Shown here piece after piece: positions 21,079 through 32,478 of a stretch of 64,000 nt of DNA. The first letter of the stretch is position 1; each line of letters starts with the position of its first letter. Below the pieces are notes generated by a model. It ran no database searches. It was not told the origin of the DNA and was given only the letters and a program-made list of their open reading frames with translations. Source of the stretch: Betaproteobacteria bacterium (lineage in GTDB: Bacteria; Pseudomonadota; Gammaproteobacteria; Burkholderiales; Burkholderiaceae_D); assembly GCA_016868055.1 (NCBI GenBank), contig VGHX01000002.1:4-64003 (forward strand), given 5' to 3'. Both the position numbers and the translations under genes were made by a program.

Positions 21079-21653
21079 AGCCGATCTCCCCTTTTACGCG
21101 ACATGCTCTTTTGATCGCCGCCCTGCTTGGTGCGCTGAATATGCCGGCACTTGCTGAGCGGGCCGATCGTGACAAGCCGACGAATATCGAGGCGAATCAG
21201 ATGTTTTACGATGAGTCGAAACAGCTGAATACCTTCATCGGTAACGTCGTCGTCACTCGCGGCACGCTGGTGATGCACGGCGAGAAACTGATCCTGAAAA
21301 AAGACAGCGCCGGCTATCAGTTCGGTACGCTGTTCGCGCCCACCGGTGGCTTGGCGACCTTTCGTCAAAAACGTGATGGTGGAAAAGACCTGTGGATGGA
21401 AGGTCAGGCCGCAGAACGAATCGAATACGACACCAAAAACGAAATTGCTAAGCTGTTCAAGCGATCCAAGGTGCGCATGCTAGACGGCAGCAAAGTGACC
21501 GATGAGGTCGAGGGCGAGTTTATCTCTTACGACACGCGCGCCGAGTTCTACACCGCAAACAACACAGCATCAGGTGAGAGCAAGCCGGGGGCAGGCAGAG
21601 TTCGAGCAATTATTCAGCCGCGCGAAAAAGAAACAAAAGGCGATGATAGATAA
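21075..21653 (+). CDS. lptA: LPS transport periplasmic protein LptA
   Basis: Signal peptide ending PALA, then an OstA-like beta-jellyroll sequence ([11 protein letters not shown].., [10 protein letters not shown]). Confidence 0.9.
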   Translation: MKPISPFTRHALLIAALLGALNMPALAERADRDKPTNIEANQMFYDESKQLNTFIGNVVVTRGTLVMHGEKLILKKDSAGYQFGTLFAPTGGLATFRQKRDGGKDLWMEGQAAERIEYDTKNEIAKLFKRSKVRMLDGSKVTDEVEGEFISYDTRAEFYTANNTASGESKPGAGRVRAIIQPREKETKGDDR

Positions 21654-22395
21654 AGCAGATAGTCGACTGCACGTGCGCGGCCTGCAAAAAAGTTATGGCG
21701 CGCGGCAAGTGGTACACAACGTCTCGCTGGACTTGGAAAGTGGCGAGGTGGTTGGTCTGCTGGGCCCGAACGGGGCGGGCAAGACGACTTCTTTTTACAT
21801 GATTGTGGGTTTGGTACCGTCAGAGGGCGGCCAGATTTTGCTTGATGGTGAGAGCATCGCGGAGTTGCCGATTCATCGCCGTGCGCAGCGTGGGCTTTCC
21901 TATTTACCGCAAGAGGCGTCGGTGTTTCGTAAGCTGTCGGTGGCAGACAATATCCGCGCCGTACTGGAGCTGCAAAAAGACAATGGCAAACCGCTCCCTG
22001 ACCAAGAGGTCGAACAGCGCCTGACTACCCTGCTTGCCGAACTGCAGATCGAGAATCTGCGCGACAACGCCGCGCTCTCTTTGTCGGGTGGCGAGCGCCG
22101 CCGCGTTGAGATAGCGCGTGCGCTAGCAACACGGCCACGTTTCATCCTGCTGGATGAGCCGTTTGCGGGCGTTGATCCTATTGCCGTGATCGAGATACAG
22201 CGAATTGTGCGCTTCCTGAAGGCGCGTGGTATTGGCGTTCTGATCACTGATCACAATGTGCGGGAGACCCTGGGTATTTGTGATCGTGCCTACATCATCA
22301 ACCAAGGCGCGGTGCTCGCTTCTGGCAGCCCGGATGAAATCATCGCGAACGAGTCTGTGCGACGCGTGTACCTTGGTGAACATTTCCGAATGTAG
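21643..22395 (+). CDS. lptB: LPS export ABC transporter ATPase LptB
   Basis: Walker [10 protein letters not shown], signature LSGGERRR, Walker [13 protein letters not shown]. The ORF track starts at 21502 inside lptA. I use the ATG at 21643 ([19 protein letters not shown]). Confidence 0.95.
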   Translation: MIDKADSRLHVRGLQKSYGARQVVHNVSLDLESGEVVGLLGPNGAGKTTSFYMIVGLVPSEGGQILLDGESIAELPIHRRAQRGLSYLPQEASVFRKLSVADNIRAVLELQKDNGKPLPDQEVEQRLTTLLAELQIENLRDNAALSLSGGERRRVEIARALATRPRFILLDEPFAGVDPIAVIEIQRIVRFLKARGIGVLITDHNVRETLGICDRAYIINQGAVLASGSPDEIIANESVRRVYLGEHFRM

Positions 22396-22407
22396 GTCGG
22401 CACAGCG

Positions 22408-23883
22408 ATGAAGCAAACACTTCAGCTCCGCGTCTCACAGCATCTTGCGCTAACACCGCAGCTGCAGCAATCGATTCGACTGCTACAACTATCGACGCTG
22501 GAGCTGCATCAAGAGCTGGAGCAGATGCTGAGTGATAACCCGCTGCTGGAGCGGATGGATGATCCGCTCGATCATTCTGTGCGCCTGCTCAGCGATGGCG
22601 CGATTAGCGCAGCACCCAGCACGCCATCCTCGAGCACAGAGAGTGAGGGTGATACACGTACCGATACGCCGGATGATCTCGGCGGTGCCGGTACCGGCGA
22701 AGATGCCGCGCCCGCCGGCGATGCAGACTGGAGCTTTGACGATGTTGCGCGCACGTCAAAGGCGCCGGAAGACGATAACGCGCGCCCGCAGCTGGAAGCG
22801 CATGAAACCACGCTACGCGAGCATCTGCTGGAGCAGCTGTCGGTCACCGTTGATAACCGGCGTGATCGTGCACTCGTCGAGTTACTCATTGATGCACTCG
22901 ATGACAACGGTTACTTGGAAGAATCTCTGGGCGAGATTCTGTCGCGGCTGCCTGAAGAGCTCGAGATCGAGATGGACGAGTTGCTGGTAGCACTGAAGCT
23001 ACTGCAAAGTTTCGACCCTGCTGGTGTGGGTGCGCGTGATGCCTCGGAGTGCCTTGCCATTCAAATACGACGCATGGAAAAAGTGCCGTTTGTCACACGA
23101 CGCATGGCGCTGACGCTGGTCGAGAATCATCTTGAGCTATTTGCGCAACGTGAATTCAACAAGCTGAAAAAGATCCTCGACTGTGATGACGAGGATCTGC
23201 GCGAGGCACAGGCAGTGATCAAACGCTGTAACCCGCACCCAGGTGCGGCCTACGCGGGTGATGTATCGGACTATGTGGTGCCGGATGTCATTGTCAAACG
23301 CGCAAAGCATGGCTGGCAGGTCAGCCTGAACCGTGATGTGATGCCCAAATTGCGGGTCAATGCCATGTACGCAAATATCCTCAAGCAGAGCAAAGGTGAA
23401 GGCTCGCTATCGTCACAGCTGCAGGAAGCCAAGTGGCTTATCAAAAATATGCGGCAACGATTCGACACTATCCTGCGGGTGGCCGAGGCGATCGTTGACC
23501 GTCAGCGCAATTTCTTCTCGCACGGCGAGGTCGCGATGCGACCTCTTGTGCTGCGTGAAATTGCTGATACACTGGGTCTGCACGAGAGCACAATCTCCCG
23601 TGTCACCACGCAGAAATACATGCTCACGCCACATGGCATGTTTGAATTGAAATATTTCTTTGGAAGCCATGTAGCAACCGAGGCGGGCGGTGAAGCCTCT
23701 TCGACTGCAATACGGGCTTTGATCAAGCAGCTAATAGGAGCCGAAGACCCCAAACACCCGTTTTCCGATAGCAAGATCACAGATATGTTGGCAGAGCAGG
23801 GGATGGTGGTCGCGCGCCGTACGGTGGCGAAGTACCGCGAGGCGCTGAAGATCCCCCCGGTAAATCTGCGCAAATCCCTTTGA
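22408..23883 (+). CDS. rpoN: RNA polymerase sigma-54 factor
   Basis: Gln/Leu-rich region I ([25 protein letters not shown]), an acidic region II, and the C-terminal RpoN box ARRTVAKYR. Confidence 0.97.
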   Translation: MKQTLQLRVSQHLALTPQLQQSIRLLQLSTLELHQELEQMLSDNPLLERMDDPLDHSVRLLSDGAISAAPSTPSSSTESEGDTRTDTPDDLGGAGTGEDAAPAGDADWSFDDVARTSKAPEDDNARPQLEAHETTLREHLLEQLSVTVDNRRDRALVELLIDALDDNGYLEESLGEILSRLPEELEIEMDELLVALKLLQSFDPAGVGARDASECLAIQIRRMEKVPFVTRRMALTLVENHLELFAQREFNKLKKILDCDDEDLREAQAVIKRCNPHPGAAYAGDVSDYVVPDVIVKRAKHGWQVSLNRDVMPKLRVNAMYANILKQSKGEGSLSSQLQEAKWLIKNMRQRFDTILRVAEAIVDRQRNFFSHGEVAMRPLVLREIADTLGLHESTISRVTTQKYMLTPHGMFELKYFFGSHVATEAGGEASSTAIRALIKQLIGAEDPKHPFSDSKITDMLAEQGMVVARRTVAKYREALKIPPVNLRKSL

Positions 23884-24076
23884 TCACTATCACCTGACCT
23901 AGCGCCTTGCTGAAATTGCCACGATCAAGTTGCCGCTTGTTGCGCGCTGACTTTCTTGGCGCGACAAGGTCTAAGTCAGACAATCCAGAGTTTTCAACCG
24001 TTGCTGCGCTTCGTCCGGTTCTTCTGCCGATGAATCTGACGAAACCTCCAGCAACGCCATCCAAGGAGTGCTGTGT

Positions 24077-24424
24077 ATGAATCTCAAGATCAGCGGTCAC
24101 CATCTGGAACTCACCCCCTCGCTCAGGGAGTACGTACAAAATAAACTCGAGCGCATTAAACGCCACTTTGATAACGTGATTGATGTCACGGTTATTCTTG
24201 CTGTGGATGACAACACCGAAAAAGATAAACGTCAACGTGCCGAAATCAATGTCCATATGCGAGGCAAAGACCTGCATGTGGAAAGCGAAGCTCAGGACAT
24301 GTACGCAGCGATCGATTTGTTGATGGATAAATTAGATCGACAAGTGCTCAAGCATAAAGATCGGATCCAAGATCATCACCGCACGGCAGTGCGTGGCTAT
24401 AACGGAGCAACCGAGGTTGCATAA
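24077..24424 (+). CDS. hpf: Ribosome hibernation promoting factor (sigma-54 modulation protein family)
   Basis: [33 protein letters not shown] lies 8 nt upstream of the ATG at 24077. The ORF-track start at 24068 is a GTG overlapping the SD. Confidence 0.9.
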   Translation: MNLKISGHHLELTPSLREYVQNKLERIKRHFDNVIDVTVILAVDDNTEKDKRQRAEINVHMRGKDLHVESEAQDMYAAIDLLMDKLDRQVLKHKDRIQDHHRTAVRGYNGATEVA

Positions 24425-24444
24425 CCCGTGATCAAGGATTAGAC

Positions 24445-24470
24445 AAGGGCGCGGCAGCGCCCTTTTTTAT
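24445..24470 (+). terminator. Rho-independent terminator after hpf
   Basis: GGGCGC (24447-24452), loop GGCA, GCGCCC (24457-24462), followed by TTTTTT (24463-24468). Confidence 0.8.
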
Positions 24471-24510
24471 GCGGGTTGGCCGCATCGCCAGCAATATCAC
24501 CCGCTGAAAG

Positions 24511-25659
24511 TTAAATTTCATCGACCGCAAATAACCGTCGATACTCGCGCATTGCGTAGCGGTCGGTCATGCCGGCAATATAGTCAGCAACCCGACGCGC
24601 CTGCGCAACCTGATCGCCATCGGTAACATGATAATCCGGCGGCAGCAGTTGGGGGCCAGACAGGAAAATATCGAATAAGTCAGTCACGATCCGCCGCGCC
24701 TTGCTGGTCATACGACTGACTTGATAGTGCTGATAAAGATTCTTGCGCAAGAAACGCTTGAGGGTCTGCGCTTCCAACTTCATCGCCTCGGAAAAGCCAA
24801 TCAGGGGCGGCGCATTGCGAACGTCGGCAATGGTTTTAACATCGGCCCGCTGGATATTCGATTGCGAGGTCTTGATCAGATCAACAACCAAGGCGTTGAT
24901 CATGCGCCGAACGGTTTCATTAATCGCGCGACGCCCGGTGATACCGATAAACTCACGCTGTACCTCAGCATAAAAGCGCGCAAAAAGCCCGACGTCTTGC
25001 AGCTGATCCAAACTCAGTAAGCCGGAGCGCAAGCCATCATCGATATCATGATTGTTGTAGGCGATTTCATCAGCAAGGTTGGTGAGCTGCGCTTCCAGGC
25101 TGGGCTGCTTTCTCTCGATGAAACGAAGCCCCACCTCACCCAGTAGCTGCGCATTGGGTAAAGAACAATGCTTCAAGATACCTTCGCGCGTTTCAAAGCT
25201 GAGGTTGAGGCCGTCGAATGCGCCGTAGCGTTGCTCCAAGCTGTCGACCACCCGCAAGCTTTGGAGGTTGTGCTCGAAGCCGCCATAGTCCTTCATGCAA
25301 GCGTTGAGCGCATCCTGGCCCGCGTGTCCGAAGGGTGTGTGGCCCAGATCGTGAGCAAGCGAGATAGCCTCGACTAAATCTTCATTCAGTTGAAGATTAC
25401 GCGCCAGTGATCGCGCGATCTGCGCTACTTCAATGCTGTGCGTCAGCCGAGTACGAAATAAATCACCTTCATGATTGACGAATACTTGGGTCTTGTACTC
25501 AAGGCGACGAAACGCCGTACAGTGAATAATTCGATCGCGGTCGCGTTGAAACTCGGTACGCGTCTGTGGGCTTGGCTCTGGTGTCTGACGACCGATCGAG
25601 TTATCGGCGCGCGCTGCGTAGCTTGCCAGCTGGATCTCATAAGCGTCGATGATACTCAC
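24511..25659 (-). CDS. dgt: dGTP triphosphohydrolase-like HD-domain protein
   Basis: 382-aa ORF. HD-domain motifs are [13 protein letters not shown] and [12 protein letters not shown]. The conserved C-terminal block is [11 protein letters not shown]. Confidence 0.9.
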   Translation of the reverse strand: MSIIDAYEIQLASYAARADNSIGRQTPEPSPQTRTEFQRDRDRIIHCTAFRRLEYKTQVFVNHEGDLFRTRLTHSIEVAQIARSLARNLQLNEDLVEAISLAHDLGHTPFGHAGQDALNACMKDYGGFEHNLQSLRVVDSLEQRYGAFDGLNLSFETREGILKHCSLPNAQLLGEVGLRFIERKQPSLEAQLTNLADEIAYNNHDIDDGLRSGLLSLDQLQDVGLFARFYAEVQREFIGITGRRAINETVRRMINALVVDLIKTSQSNIQRADVKTIADVRNAPPLIGFSEAMKLEAQTLKRFLRKNLYQHYQVSRMTSKARRIVTDLFDIFLSGPQLLPPDYHVTDGDQVAQARRVADYIAGMTDRYAMREYRRLFAVDEI

Positions 25660-25678
25660 TCGCTGCTCGCCTTTTTAC

Positions 25679-26782
25679 TCATGAGCGAGTGCATGCGTTC
25701 AGCGTAGCGCTCAGCAGCTCGGTTGGCACAGTAGTAATGACGCTGGTGCCGAGCGGTTTCAGTAAAATGAATTTGATCTGGCCACCCTCATTTTTCTTAT
25801 CGACCTCCATTAGATCGAGCCAGCGTGACTCACCGAGATCTGGCGCAAGCGTCGGCAACCCGGCTGCTTCGACCAATGAATGTAATCTCGTCTGCTCTGC
25901 TACCGGCAGATAACCCAACCTGACCGATAGATCGGCCGCCATCGTCATACCGCAACCGACGGCTTCGCCATGCAGCCACTCGCCGTAACCGAGGCCTGCC
26001 TCGATCGCGTGGCCAAAGGTATGTCCAAAATTCAGAATCGCGCGCAGGCCACTTTCACGCTCATCTTGACGCACTACCTCGGCCTTGATCTCGCAAGAGC
26101 GCTGAATAGCATGGGCTAATGCCCCGGCGTCACGCGCACGTAATCGCTGGATGTTTTGTTCAAGCCACTGAAAAAATACCGCATCAATAATGGCGCCGTG
26201 CTTGATCACTTCGGCTAAGCCTGCGGATAATTCACGGTCGGGCAAGGTCGCCAATGTGCCCGTGTCTGCCAGCACCATTTGCGGCTGGTAGAAAGCGCCG
26301 ATCATGTTTTTACCGAGCGGATGATTAATCGCGGTCTTGCCACCGACCGACGAATCGACCTGCGCCAACAGCGTGGTCGGTACCTGCACAAACGGCACAC
26401 CACGCATATAGGTGGCAGCGGCGAACCCCGTCATGTCGCCGATAACACCGCCACCGAGCGCGAGCAGCGTTGTCTTGCGGTCGCATTTTTGTTCAAGCAA
26501 TGCGGTAAAGATCGCCATCAGGTTGTCTGCGTTCTTTTCCTCTTCGCCATCGGGTAGCACGATCGGGATGCACTGCTTGCCTGCGGCGTTCAAGCTCGCA
26601 GATAAACGCTCAAGATAAAGCGGCGCCACAACAGTATTGGTTACTACTGCGACGCGCTTACCGGGAATGCTGCGCAGCAGTTCGACATCCGTCAGCAGAT
26701 CACTGCCAATAATGATGGGGTAGCTGCGCTCGCCGAGGTCAACACTCAGCCGGGCAAAAATCGAGGCAGAGGGTCGACTCAT
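25679..26782 (-). CDS. aroB: 3-dehydroquinate synthase
   Basis: 367-aa ORF with [41 protein letters not shown] and metal ligands in the NFGHTFGHA context. 4-nt overlap with aroK. Confidence 0.95.
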   Translation of the reverse strand: MSRPSASIFARLSVDLGERSYPIIIGSDLLTDVELLRSIPGKRVAVVTNTVVAPLYLERLSASLNAAGKQCIPIVLPDGEEEKNADNLMAIFTALLEQKCDRKTTLLALGGGVIGDMTGFAAATYMRGVPFVQVPTTLLAQVDSSVGGKTAINHPLGKNMIGAFYQPQMVLADTGTLATLPDRELSAGLAEVIKHGAIIDAVFFQWLEQNIQRLRARDAGALAHAIQRSCEIKAEVVRQDERESGLRAILNFGHTFGHAIEAGLGYGEWLHGEAVGCGMTMAADLSVRLGYLPVAEQTRLHSLVEAAGLPTLAPDLGESRWLDLMEVDKKNEGGQIKFILLKPLGTSVITTVPTELLSATLNACTRS

Positions 26783-27339
26783 AGCGAACCTGCGGGCGCG
26801 GCAGCGCTCACTGGCCAGCCTGATAGCTCAAGCTGCGCAAGAATGTTTTGGACGACCGACTGCACATTCGGACGTCCGGTTTCGACGGTAATGTGCGCCA
26901 CTTCCTCGTAGAGCGGTGCGCGCTGCCGCATCAACTCTTCAATCCGTGCCCGCGGGTCAGCGGTTTGCAATAAAGGTCGCTGGCGATCATGGCTGGTGCG
27001 TTGAACCAAGCTGCCCACCGAGGCCCGCAGATATACCACGGTGCCGCGCTCACGCAGGCTACGGCGGCTCTCTGGGTCGAGGATGGCGCCGCCGCCAGTG
27101 GCAAGTACGATGCCCTGCTGCTGGGTCAGGTCACGAATCACATCTGCCTCACGCTGGCGAAAGCTGGCTTCGCCCTCGATCTCGAAAATCAGCGTGATCG
27201 AGGCACCGGTGCGTGATTCAATTTCATGGTCGGCGTCGACAAATCGCAAATTCAGCCGCTTGGCAAGCGCGCGTCCAATTGTTGTCTTGCCCGAGCCCAT
27301 CAGCCCGACCAGAAAGATATTGGCTTGCGGAGTCGACAT
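26779..27339 (-). CDS. aroK: Shikimate kinase
   Basis: [17 protein letters not shown]-loop. Classical position downstream of pilQ. Confidence 0.95.
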   Translation of the reverse strand: MSTPQANIFLVGLMGSGKTTIGRALAKRLNLRFVDADHEIESRTGASITLIFEIEGEASFRQREADVIRDLTQQQGIVLATGGGAILDPESRRSLRERGTVVYLRASVGSLVQRTSHDRQRPLLQTADPRARIEELMRQRAPLYEEVAHITVETGRPNVQSVVQNILAQLELSGWPVSAAAPAGSL

Positions 27340-27407
27340 AGTGACTATTGCTGGGGAAGTTTCCCCTTGAAAAGCAACAGTGTAGCCGATCCACGCAATG
27401 ACGTAGT

Positions 27408-29537
27408 TCAGCGTAGTGGATAGTTACCCGTAGCCGCGAGATCAGCGACGATGCGCGGTGTGATGAAAATCAGTAGCTCTTTTTGGCTGCGAAGCTGGCT
27501 GGTTTGCCTGAATAACTGCCCCAGTACCGGAATGTCACCAAAGAAAGGCACCTTGTAAACATTGCTGCGCTCTTCCTGCGTGAAGATACCGCCGAGTACC
27601 ACGGTGCCGCCATTTTCTACCTGGACATTGGTTTTTACGTGCTTGGTATCAATCGCATAACTGGTACCGACAGCAATACCGCGCGAGTCCTTGGCAACGT
27701 CAACGGTCAAAATGATATTGCCGTCCGGTGTAATTTGGGGCGTTACCTCCAGCTTGAGGTTGGCTTTTTTGAACTGTACCGATGTTGCCCCGCTCGACGT
27801 CGCCTGCTGATACGGAATCTCTTCGCCTTGCTCGATAATCGCTGGTTGCTGATCAGCCGTCACCACACGCGGACTGGAAATAATCTTGCCCTTGCCATCT
27901 GCCTGTAACGCGCTTAACTCGAGATTGAGAAATCGATTCGCTCCGGCTGAAAATAAACTGAATCCTATCGTGCCCGGCGAGGCAGTACCAATTTTTCCCG
28001 CTGGCAGATCAACAAACTGAGTATTCGGCATATAGCTACCACCCGTGACAGCCGCCTGACCAGTTTGTTCGCCGACCCCAAGATAATTACCGGTCACGCC
28101 GAGCCGGGTGCTGCCCGGGAGATTGATACCTACCGGTGACTGTGTCGCTCGGTTGAAATCAGCATAGCCTAGCCGCGCCCCTAGATTTTTATTGAAACTG
28201 TCGTCCGCCTCGACGATGCGCGCCTCGATCATCACTTGCCGTTGCGGCACATCGGTCATCTGTATCAGTCGCCGTACCTCTTCCAATTTAGCCGGTGTGT
28301 CGGTGACAAATAATTTATTGCTGCGTGGCTCCGCCGACGCGCTGCCGCGACGCGACAAGATACTGCCGCGACCTGTCTGACCGTCTAGCCCAAAAACTTT
28401 TTGAAATGCTTCGGCTTTTTAATAATTGAGCTGAAATGTTTCGGTAACCATGGGCTCCAATTCATTGATTTGTGCGCGTTGCTCGAGCTCGAGTCGCTCT
28501 TTGGTTAACAACTCATCTTTGGGCGCGATCCATAAAACATTACCGCTCTTGCGCATATCGAGCCCACGTGCCTGCATGACGATATCTAGTGCCTGATCCC
28601 ACGGAACATCTTTCAGCCGAAGCGTAAGGTTTCCACCGACTGTATCGCTGGCCACAACATTCAGACCGGTGAAATCAGCGATCACTTGCAACAGCGCGCG
28701 CACCTCAATATTCTGAAAGTTTAGTGATAACTTCTCACCGCGATAGCCGCGGCCATTGCCACGCTCGTTGGGTTTTTGCGGTTTTACCTCGACCACCAGC
28801 CGGCGGTCGGTTTGCCACGCGACGTGATCCCATTGCCCGGCCGCAGTGACAGTAATGCGCACCATATCGCCGCTACTACTTGCGCCGATTTCCTGTACTG
28901 GTGCAGCAAAATCTTTCACATCGAGTCGGCGCTTTAATGGTTCAGGTAACGCACTCTTCATGAGATCGATGACCACACCCTGACCCTGCCGCCGCACATC
29001 AATTGCTGACTGCTCACGCGCCAAATCAATAATGACCCGACCGGCGCCCTCTTCGCCGCGCCGAAAATCAATATCAAGTACCGCGTTGCGCTCCATTGCT
29101 AATGCCGCTGCTTTATTGGCCGAGCCGGTGGCAGTCGCTATTGGGTGGGCTGTCTCGCCGATCAGAATTTGGGCCTCATGATCTTGCAGCCGTGCGGCGT
29201 GATTCACCGGTCGTTTCAAGTTAATCACGATACGGGTGCGGTTACCGGCCTGAACAATATCGATATGTCGTATCTCGCCGGTATCCACGGTTTTGCGCAT
29301 CGTCGACATCGCATTGGTGGTGTCAGGTAAATCAACCACGATGCGTGCCGGCGCCACCGTTGCGAAGCTTGCAGGTGTTTTTGCAAGTGGCTTGTCGAGC
29401 TTAAGCCGCACAACGACTTGCTCAGCATGACGACTAATTTCAACCGCACGTAGCGTGTTCTGCTCTGCATAGCTGTTGGTTACACCTAGCAGCAATGCAA
29501 TCAACCCCAGCAGCACTCGTCGTATACACCCACTCAT
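27408..29537 (-). pseudogene. pilQ: Type IV pilus secretin PilQ, interrupted by one in-frame TAA (28419-28421)
   Basis: The ORF-track fragments 28419..29537 (signal peptide, two AMIN-like repeats, N0 region ending ...TETFQLNY) and 27408..28358 (secretin domain ...QVMIEARIVEADD...LLIFITPRIV) are in the same frame. Only the TAA separates them (own translation: ..FQLNY*KAEAFQKVFGLDGQTGRGSILSRRGSASAEPRSNKLFVTD..). Confidence 0.7.
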
Positions 29538-30061
29538 TTTTTCTCCTGCAGTACTAGCTGCGTTTGCCTACGAGTCCACTGGCCTGTGCTGTCGGCGACC
29601 CATTCCTCAATGTCGATGGCCTTGTCGTGAATGGTAATCAGCTTGCCCAAATCAAGTCCTAGGTGAGCGCCAACACGAACCGAGTAAACTAATTTGTCGG
29701 CCTGAATCAAGGCAATCGCCTCTTTACCTCGGCGTAGGTGTCCGATAAGACGTAGGCCATCCAAAGGCACGCGCTCCAGCGGCTCGCGTGGTCGACGAAG
29801 ATCCGGCTGCAATGCGTTATGCGCCAGACTGGCTTCATTCAGCGCGAGCCGGGCGAGGTCAAACGGGTCAGCGCGATCAGCTGCTTGGTACCGAAACTCC
29901 GGCGGCGGAGCGATAGTCGGCACAGTAATTGGTGACACATGCAAGCGCTGGCGAACATCATTCATCCATCGATGCAGATCTTCGGATTCTTGTGGTTGGC
30001 ACGCACTCATCAGCAACGACAACCACGATATGCGAAATAGCACCCACCAAGACCACCTCAT
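29534..30061 (-). CDS. pilP: Type IV pilus assembly lipoprotein PilP
   Basis: 175-aa ORF with lipobox-like LLMSAC. Position between pilO and pilQ, with 4-nt overlaps. Confidence 0.85.
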   Translation of the reverse strand: MRWSWWVLFRISWLSLLMSACQPQESEDLHRWMNDVRQRLHVSPITVPTIAPPPEFRYQAADRADPFDLARLALNEASLAHNALQPDLRRPREPLERVPLDGLRLIGHLRRGKEAIALIQADKLVYSVRVGAHLGLDLGKLITIHDKAIDIEEWVADSTGQWTRRQTQLVLQEKK

Positions 30062-30714
30062 CGTGGCCCCTGCTGTTTAGGCGCTGCTGCGGGCGCTTGC
30101 TTAGGCTCGGACTCGGCTTGCTCCAGGTAGCGAAATGCGTGGGCCATGCACTCAAAGCTGAGTACCCCTTCGCGCTGCTGGTTGATGGCAATGCGATCGA
30201 TCGTGACGATACGGGGCATGTTGGCAATATCACTGACAAACCCTGCCAAGGCATGGTAAGAACCAGACAGCCGAATCTCGATCGGTAGTTCTGCAAAATG
30301 CTGGCTAATACGCAGCTGCCCTGGCTTGAATAATTCGATTTGCAGGCCACGCAGTACGCCCGCCTGACTCATCTCGGACAGCAGCGCATCCATCTCTGAT
30401 TTGCTTGGCAGTTGTCGTTGCTGACGCAAGACTTGCGCTTCCACCTCGGCTTTTTGCTTGCGAAGGTGATCAAGATGCTGGGTTTGCGCAAGCTTACGCT
30501 CGAATGATTGCCGTAGCTGGCGCTCGGCAAACTCACCGCTGTCCAGCGCCTCCCACTGTGGCATCCAGACCAGCCAGGCACCGGTCGCCACAACCCCTAA
30601 AGCCACCAACACCGGGCACAGCATGCGCGGTATGGTCGGCCATAAGCCGGGATGTTTTCCTTCCAAGCCCTGAAATTGCGCGAGCACATCCGGCCAGCTG
30701 ATTGGCCGGCTCAC
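30058..30714 (-). CDS. pilO: Type IV pilus assembly protein PilO
   Basis: 218-aa bitopic ORF (one TM, then a coiled-coil segment). Position in the pilMNOPQ run. Confidence 0.85.
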   Translation of the reverse strand: MSRPISWPDVLAQFQGLEGKHPGLWPTIPRMLCPVLVALGVVATGAWLVWMPQWEALDSGEFAERQLRQSFERKLAQTQHLDHLRKQKAEVEAQVLRQQRQLPSKSEMDALLSEMSQAGVLRGLQIELFKPGQLRISQHFAELPIEIRLSGSYHALAGFVSDIANMPRIVTIDRIAINQQREGVLSFECMAHAFRYLEQAESEPKQAPAAAPKQQGPR

Positions 30715-31280
30715 TTGGACTTCTCCTCGGCACTGGCTGGAAGAAGCCGGATGCTGAACTCAAATATTTTTTTTGCTTCACGGCCTTGCCCAAGATTGGC
30801 CGCTTTGATCTCGCTCAGCTCCGGCTGCCCGAGCCAGTCGGCGACGTCATCCAACCCGCGCAGGAATTCGGAGACACGCGCATTTGACTGAGCCAACCCG
30901 GTTATGGCGAGCGCATCCGTCTGCTTGATGGACTTGAGCGCAATACCCTCCGGTGTCCGACTGGCTAAGGTATCGAGCATCCGCACCGGAAAGCCACGAC
31001 CTGTTTGCAATTGATCGACAGCGGCTCGGCGTGCGTTGAGTACAGCTACTTGGTTTTCGAGCTGCTTTATCTCACCGACGCGCGTATCCAGCTTGGCGTT
31101 CTCCGTTGTGAGCAATTGATTGCGTTCGGTTTGTGCATGGAGTCGCTCCGCATTAACCATGAAAATTGCCAGCACAACGGATAACCCGAGCGCCGCAACC
31201 AACCCGATTTGCCGCTGGAATTGGTGCTTACGCTGACGCCGAAGCGCCTCGCGCCACGGTAATAGATTGAGCCGAATCAT
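30711..31280 (-). CDS. pilN: Type IV pilus assembly protein PilN
   Basis: Conserved N-terminus MIRLNLLPWRE, followed by a TM segment. Confidence 0.87.
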   Translation of the reverse strand: MIRLNLLPWREALRRQRKHQFQRQIGLVAALGLSVVLAIFMVNAERLHAQTERNQLLTTENAKLDTRVGEIKQLENQVAVLNARRAAVDQLQTGRGFPVRMLDTLASRTPEGIALKSIKQTDALAITGLAQSNARVSEFLRGLDDVADWLGQPELSEIKAANLGQGREAKKIFEFSIRLLPASAEEKSK

Positions 31281-32245
31281 GCGTCAAAACCGCGTAACGC
31301 AAGCCCACACACCAAGGCGCAAGCCGACGGATGTTCATGCTCCCCGGCGCTCACTCCCGGTTTGGCGGGTAGCTGCTGCCATGGATCAAGGGGGCTCACG
31401 CCCACCGACAAACGCATCGACAGTATGCTCTGCAGATCGGCCGCCGCCGCTCCTAGCAGATACACATGGTGCAGACCGGCTGACCCTGATGCCGTCTGTG
31501 ATAACTGGTAGGCACGACTGAACTCCTGGGATAAGGTCTCAACAACATCTGACTCTTTTCGCGCGAGTGGTGACCCCAGCTGTCGCTCGAACACGAGCGA
31601 CCCGTCTTGGATGAAGTAGGCATACACCTGCTCGGCTTCAATATGTAACACGCCCAACAATGCCTGCGGCGGTATATCAGTCGATCTCAGCATCAAGCTT
31701 ACGGCAGCTAGCAATGCGTTGGACTCAACATCCATGATCAATGGCTTTAATCCGATGGCTGTTACCAGCTCGACACGCTCATTGATTTTTTCCTGGCGCG
31801 CCGCAACCAGCAACACGTCGATACTGTCGGGCTGATGCGTGCTGGGCCCAATTACCGCGAAATCAACACCGAGTTCCTCGCGTGCCACCGGAAGCAATGC
31901 CGTCGCCTCAGATTCAATGTGCAGCTCCAATTCGTCATCACCTGATAGCGCCGGCAAGCTCAGAATTTTTTTGATTACCGCGCTGGGAGGCAGCGCGAGC
32001 GCGGCATGACGCAACTGACTACCACTCTCACGTAGAGCGTCATGCAGCGACTCAGCAATCTCTTCGTGCATGACAACACTACCGTCCCTGATCGCTCCTG
32101 GCGGTAGACGTCGATGCGCGTAGTGCGCAATCTGGAGTTGGCGGCCAGCTCGCACCAGCTCCATGACGCGTACCCCGCTGTTACCGATATCAACGCCAAG
32201 CATGGGCGTGCTTGCCCGACCCCACCAGCGCCGAAACGCATGCAT
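31277..32245 (-). CDS. pilM: Type IV pilus assembly ATPase-fold protein PilM
   Basis: Actin-like fold N-terminus (LGVDIGNSGVRVMEL). The ORF track starts at 32368. I use the in-frame ATG at 32245 (MHAFRRWWGRASTPMLGVDIG). Confidence 0.88.
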   Translation of the reverse strand: MHAFRRWWGRASTPMLGVDIGNSGVRVMELVRAGRQLQIAHYAHRRLPPGAIRDGSVVMHEEIAESLHDALRESGSQLRHAALALPPSAVIKKILSLPALSGDDELELHIESEATALLPVAREELGVDFAVIGPSTHQPDSIDVLLVAARQEKINERVELVTAIGLKPLIMDVESNALLAAVSLMLRSTDIPPQALLGVLHIEAEQVYAYFIQDGSLVFERQLGSPLARKESDVVETLSQEFSRAYQLSQTASGSAGLHHVYLLGAAAADLQSILSMRLSVGVSPLDPWQQLPAKPGVSAGEHEHPSACALVCGLALRGFDA

Positions 32246-32478
32246 CCGCTGGACCTCTTTTATCTTGTCAATTTCAAAACGTGGCGCGGATCCTAGCAAG
32301 CGTGTTTCAGCGCTGTAAAGTAAGGCTGTAGCAGCGTTGTCAATTACCGACGCGGCATAACGCCGCACGTGACTTCGATGAGCAGATCCCGTAGATGAAC
32401 AGATCAGTTCAGAAAAGATGCGTCATGGTGTGACGCTATAATGAACGCCGTTCACTATCGCCGCATCATCCCGCCTGC

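Noticed and set aside
23884-24076. A possible sigma-54 promoter (TGGCAC-N5-TTGC) upstream of hpf; TTGCCACGATCAAGTTGCC caught my eye.
   Set aside because: It lacks the invariant GG dinucleotide at -24 (TGCCAC instead of TGGCAC), so it is not a credible -24/-12 element.
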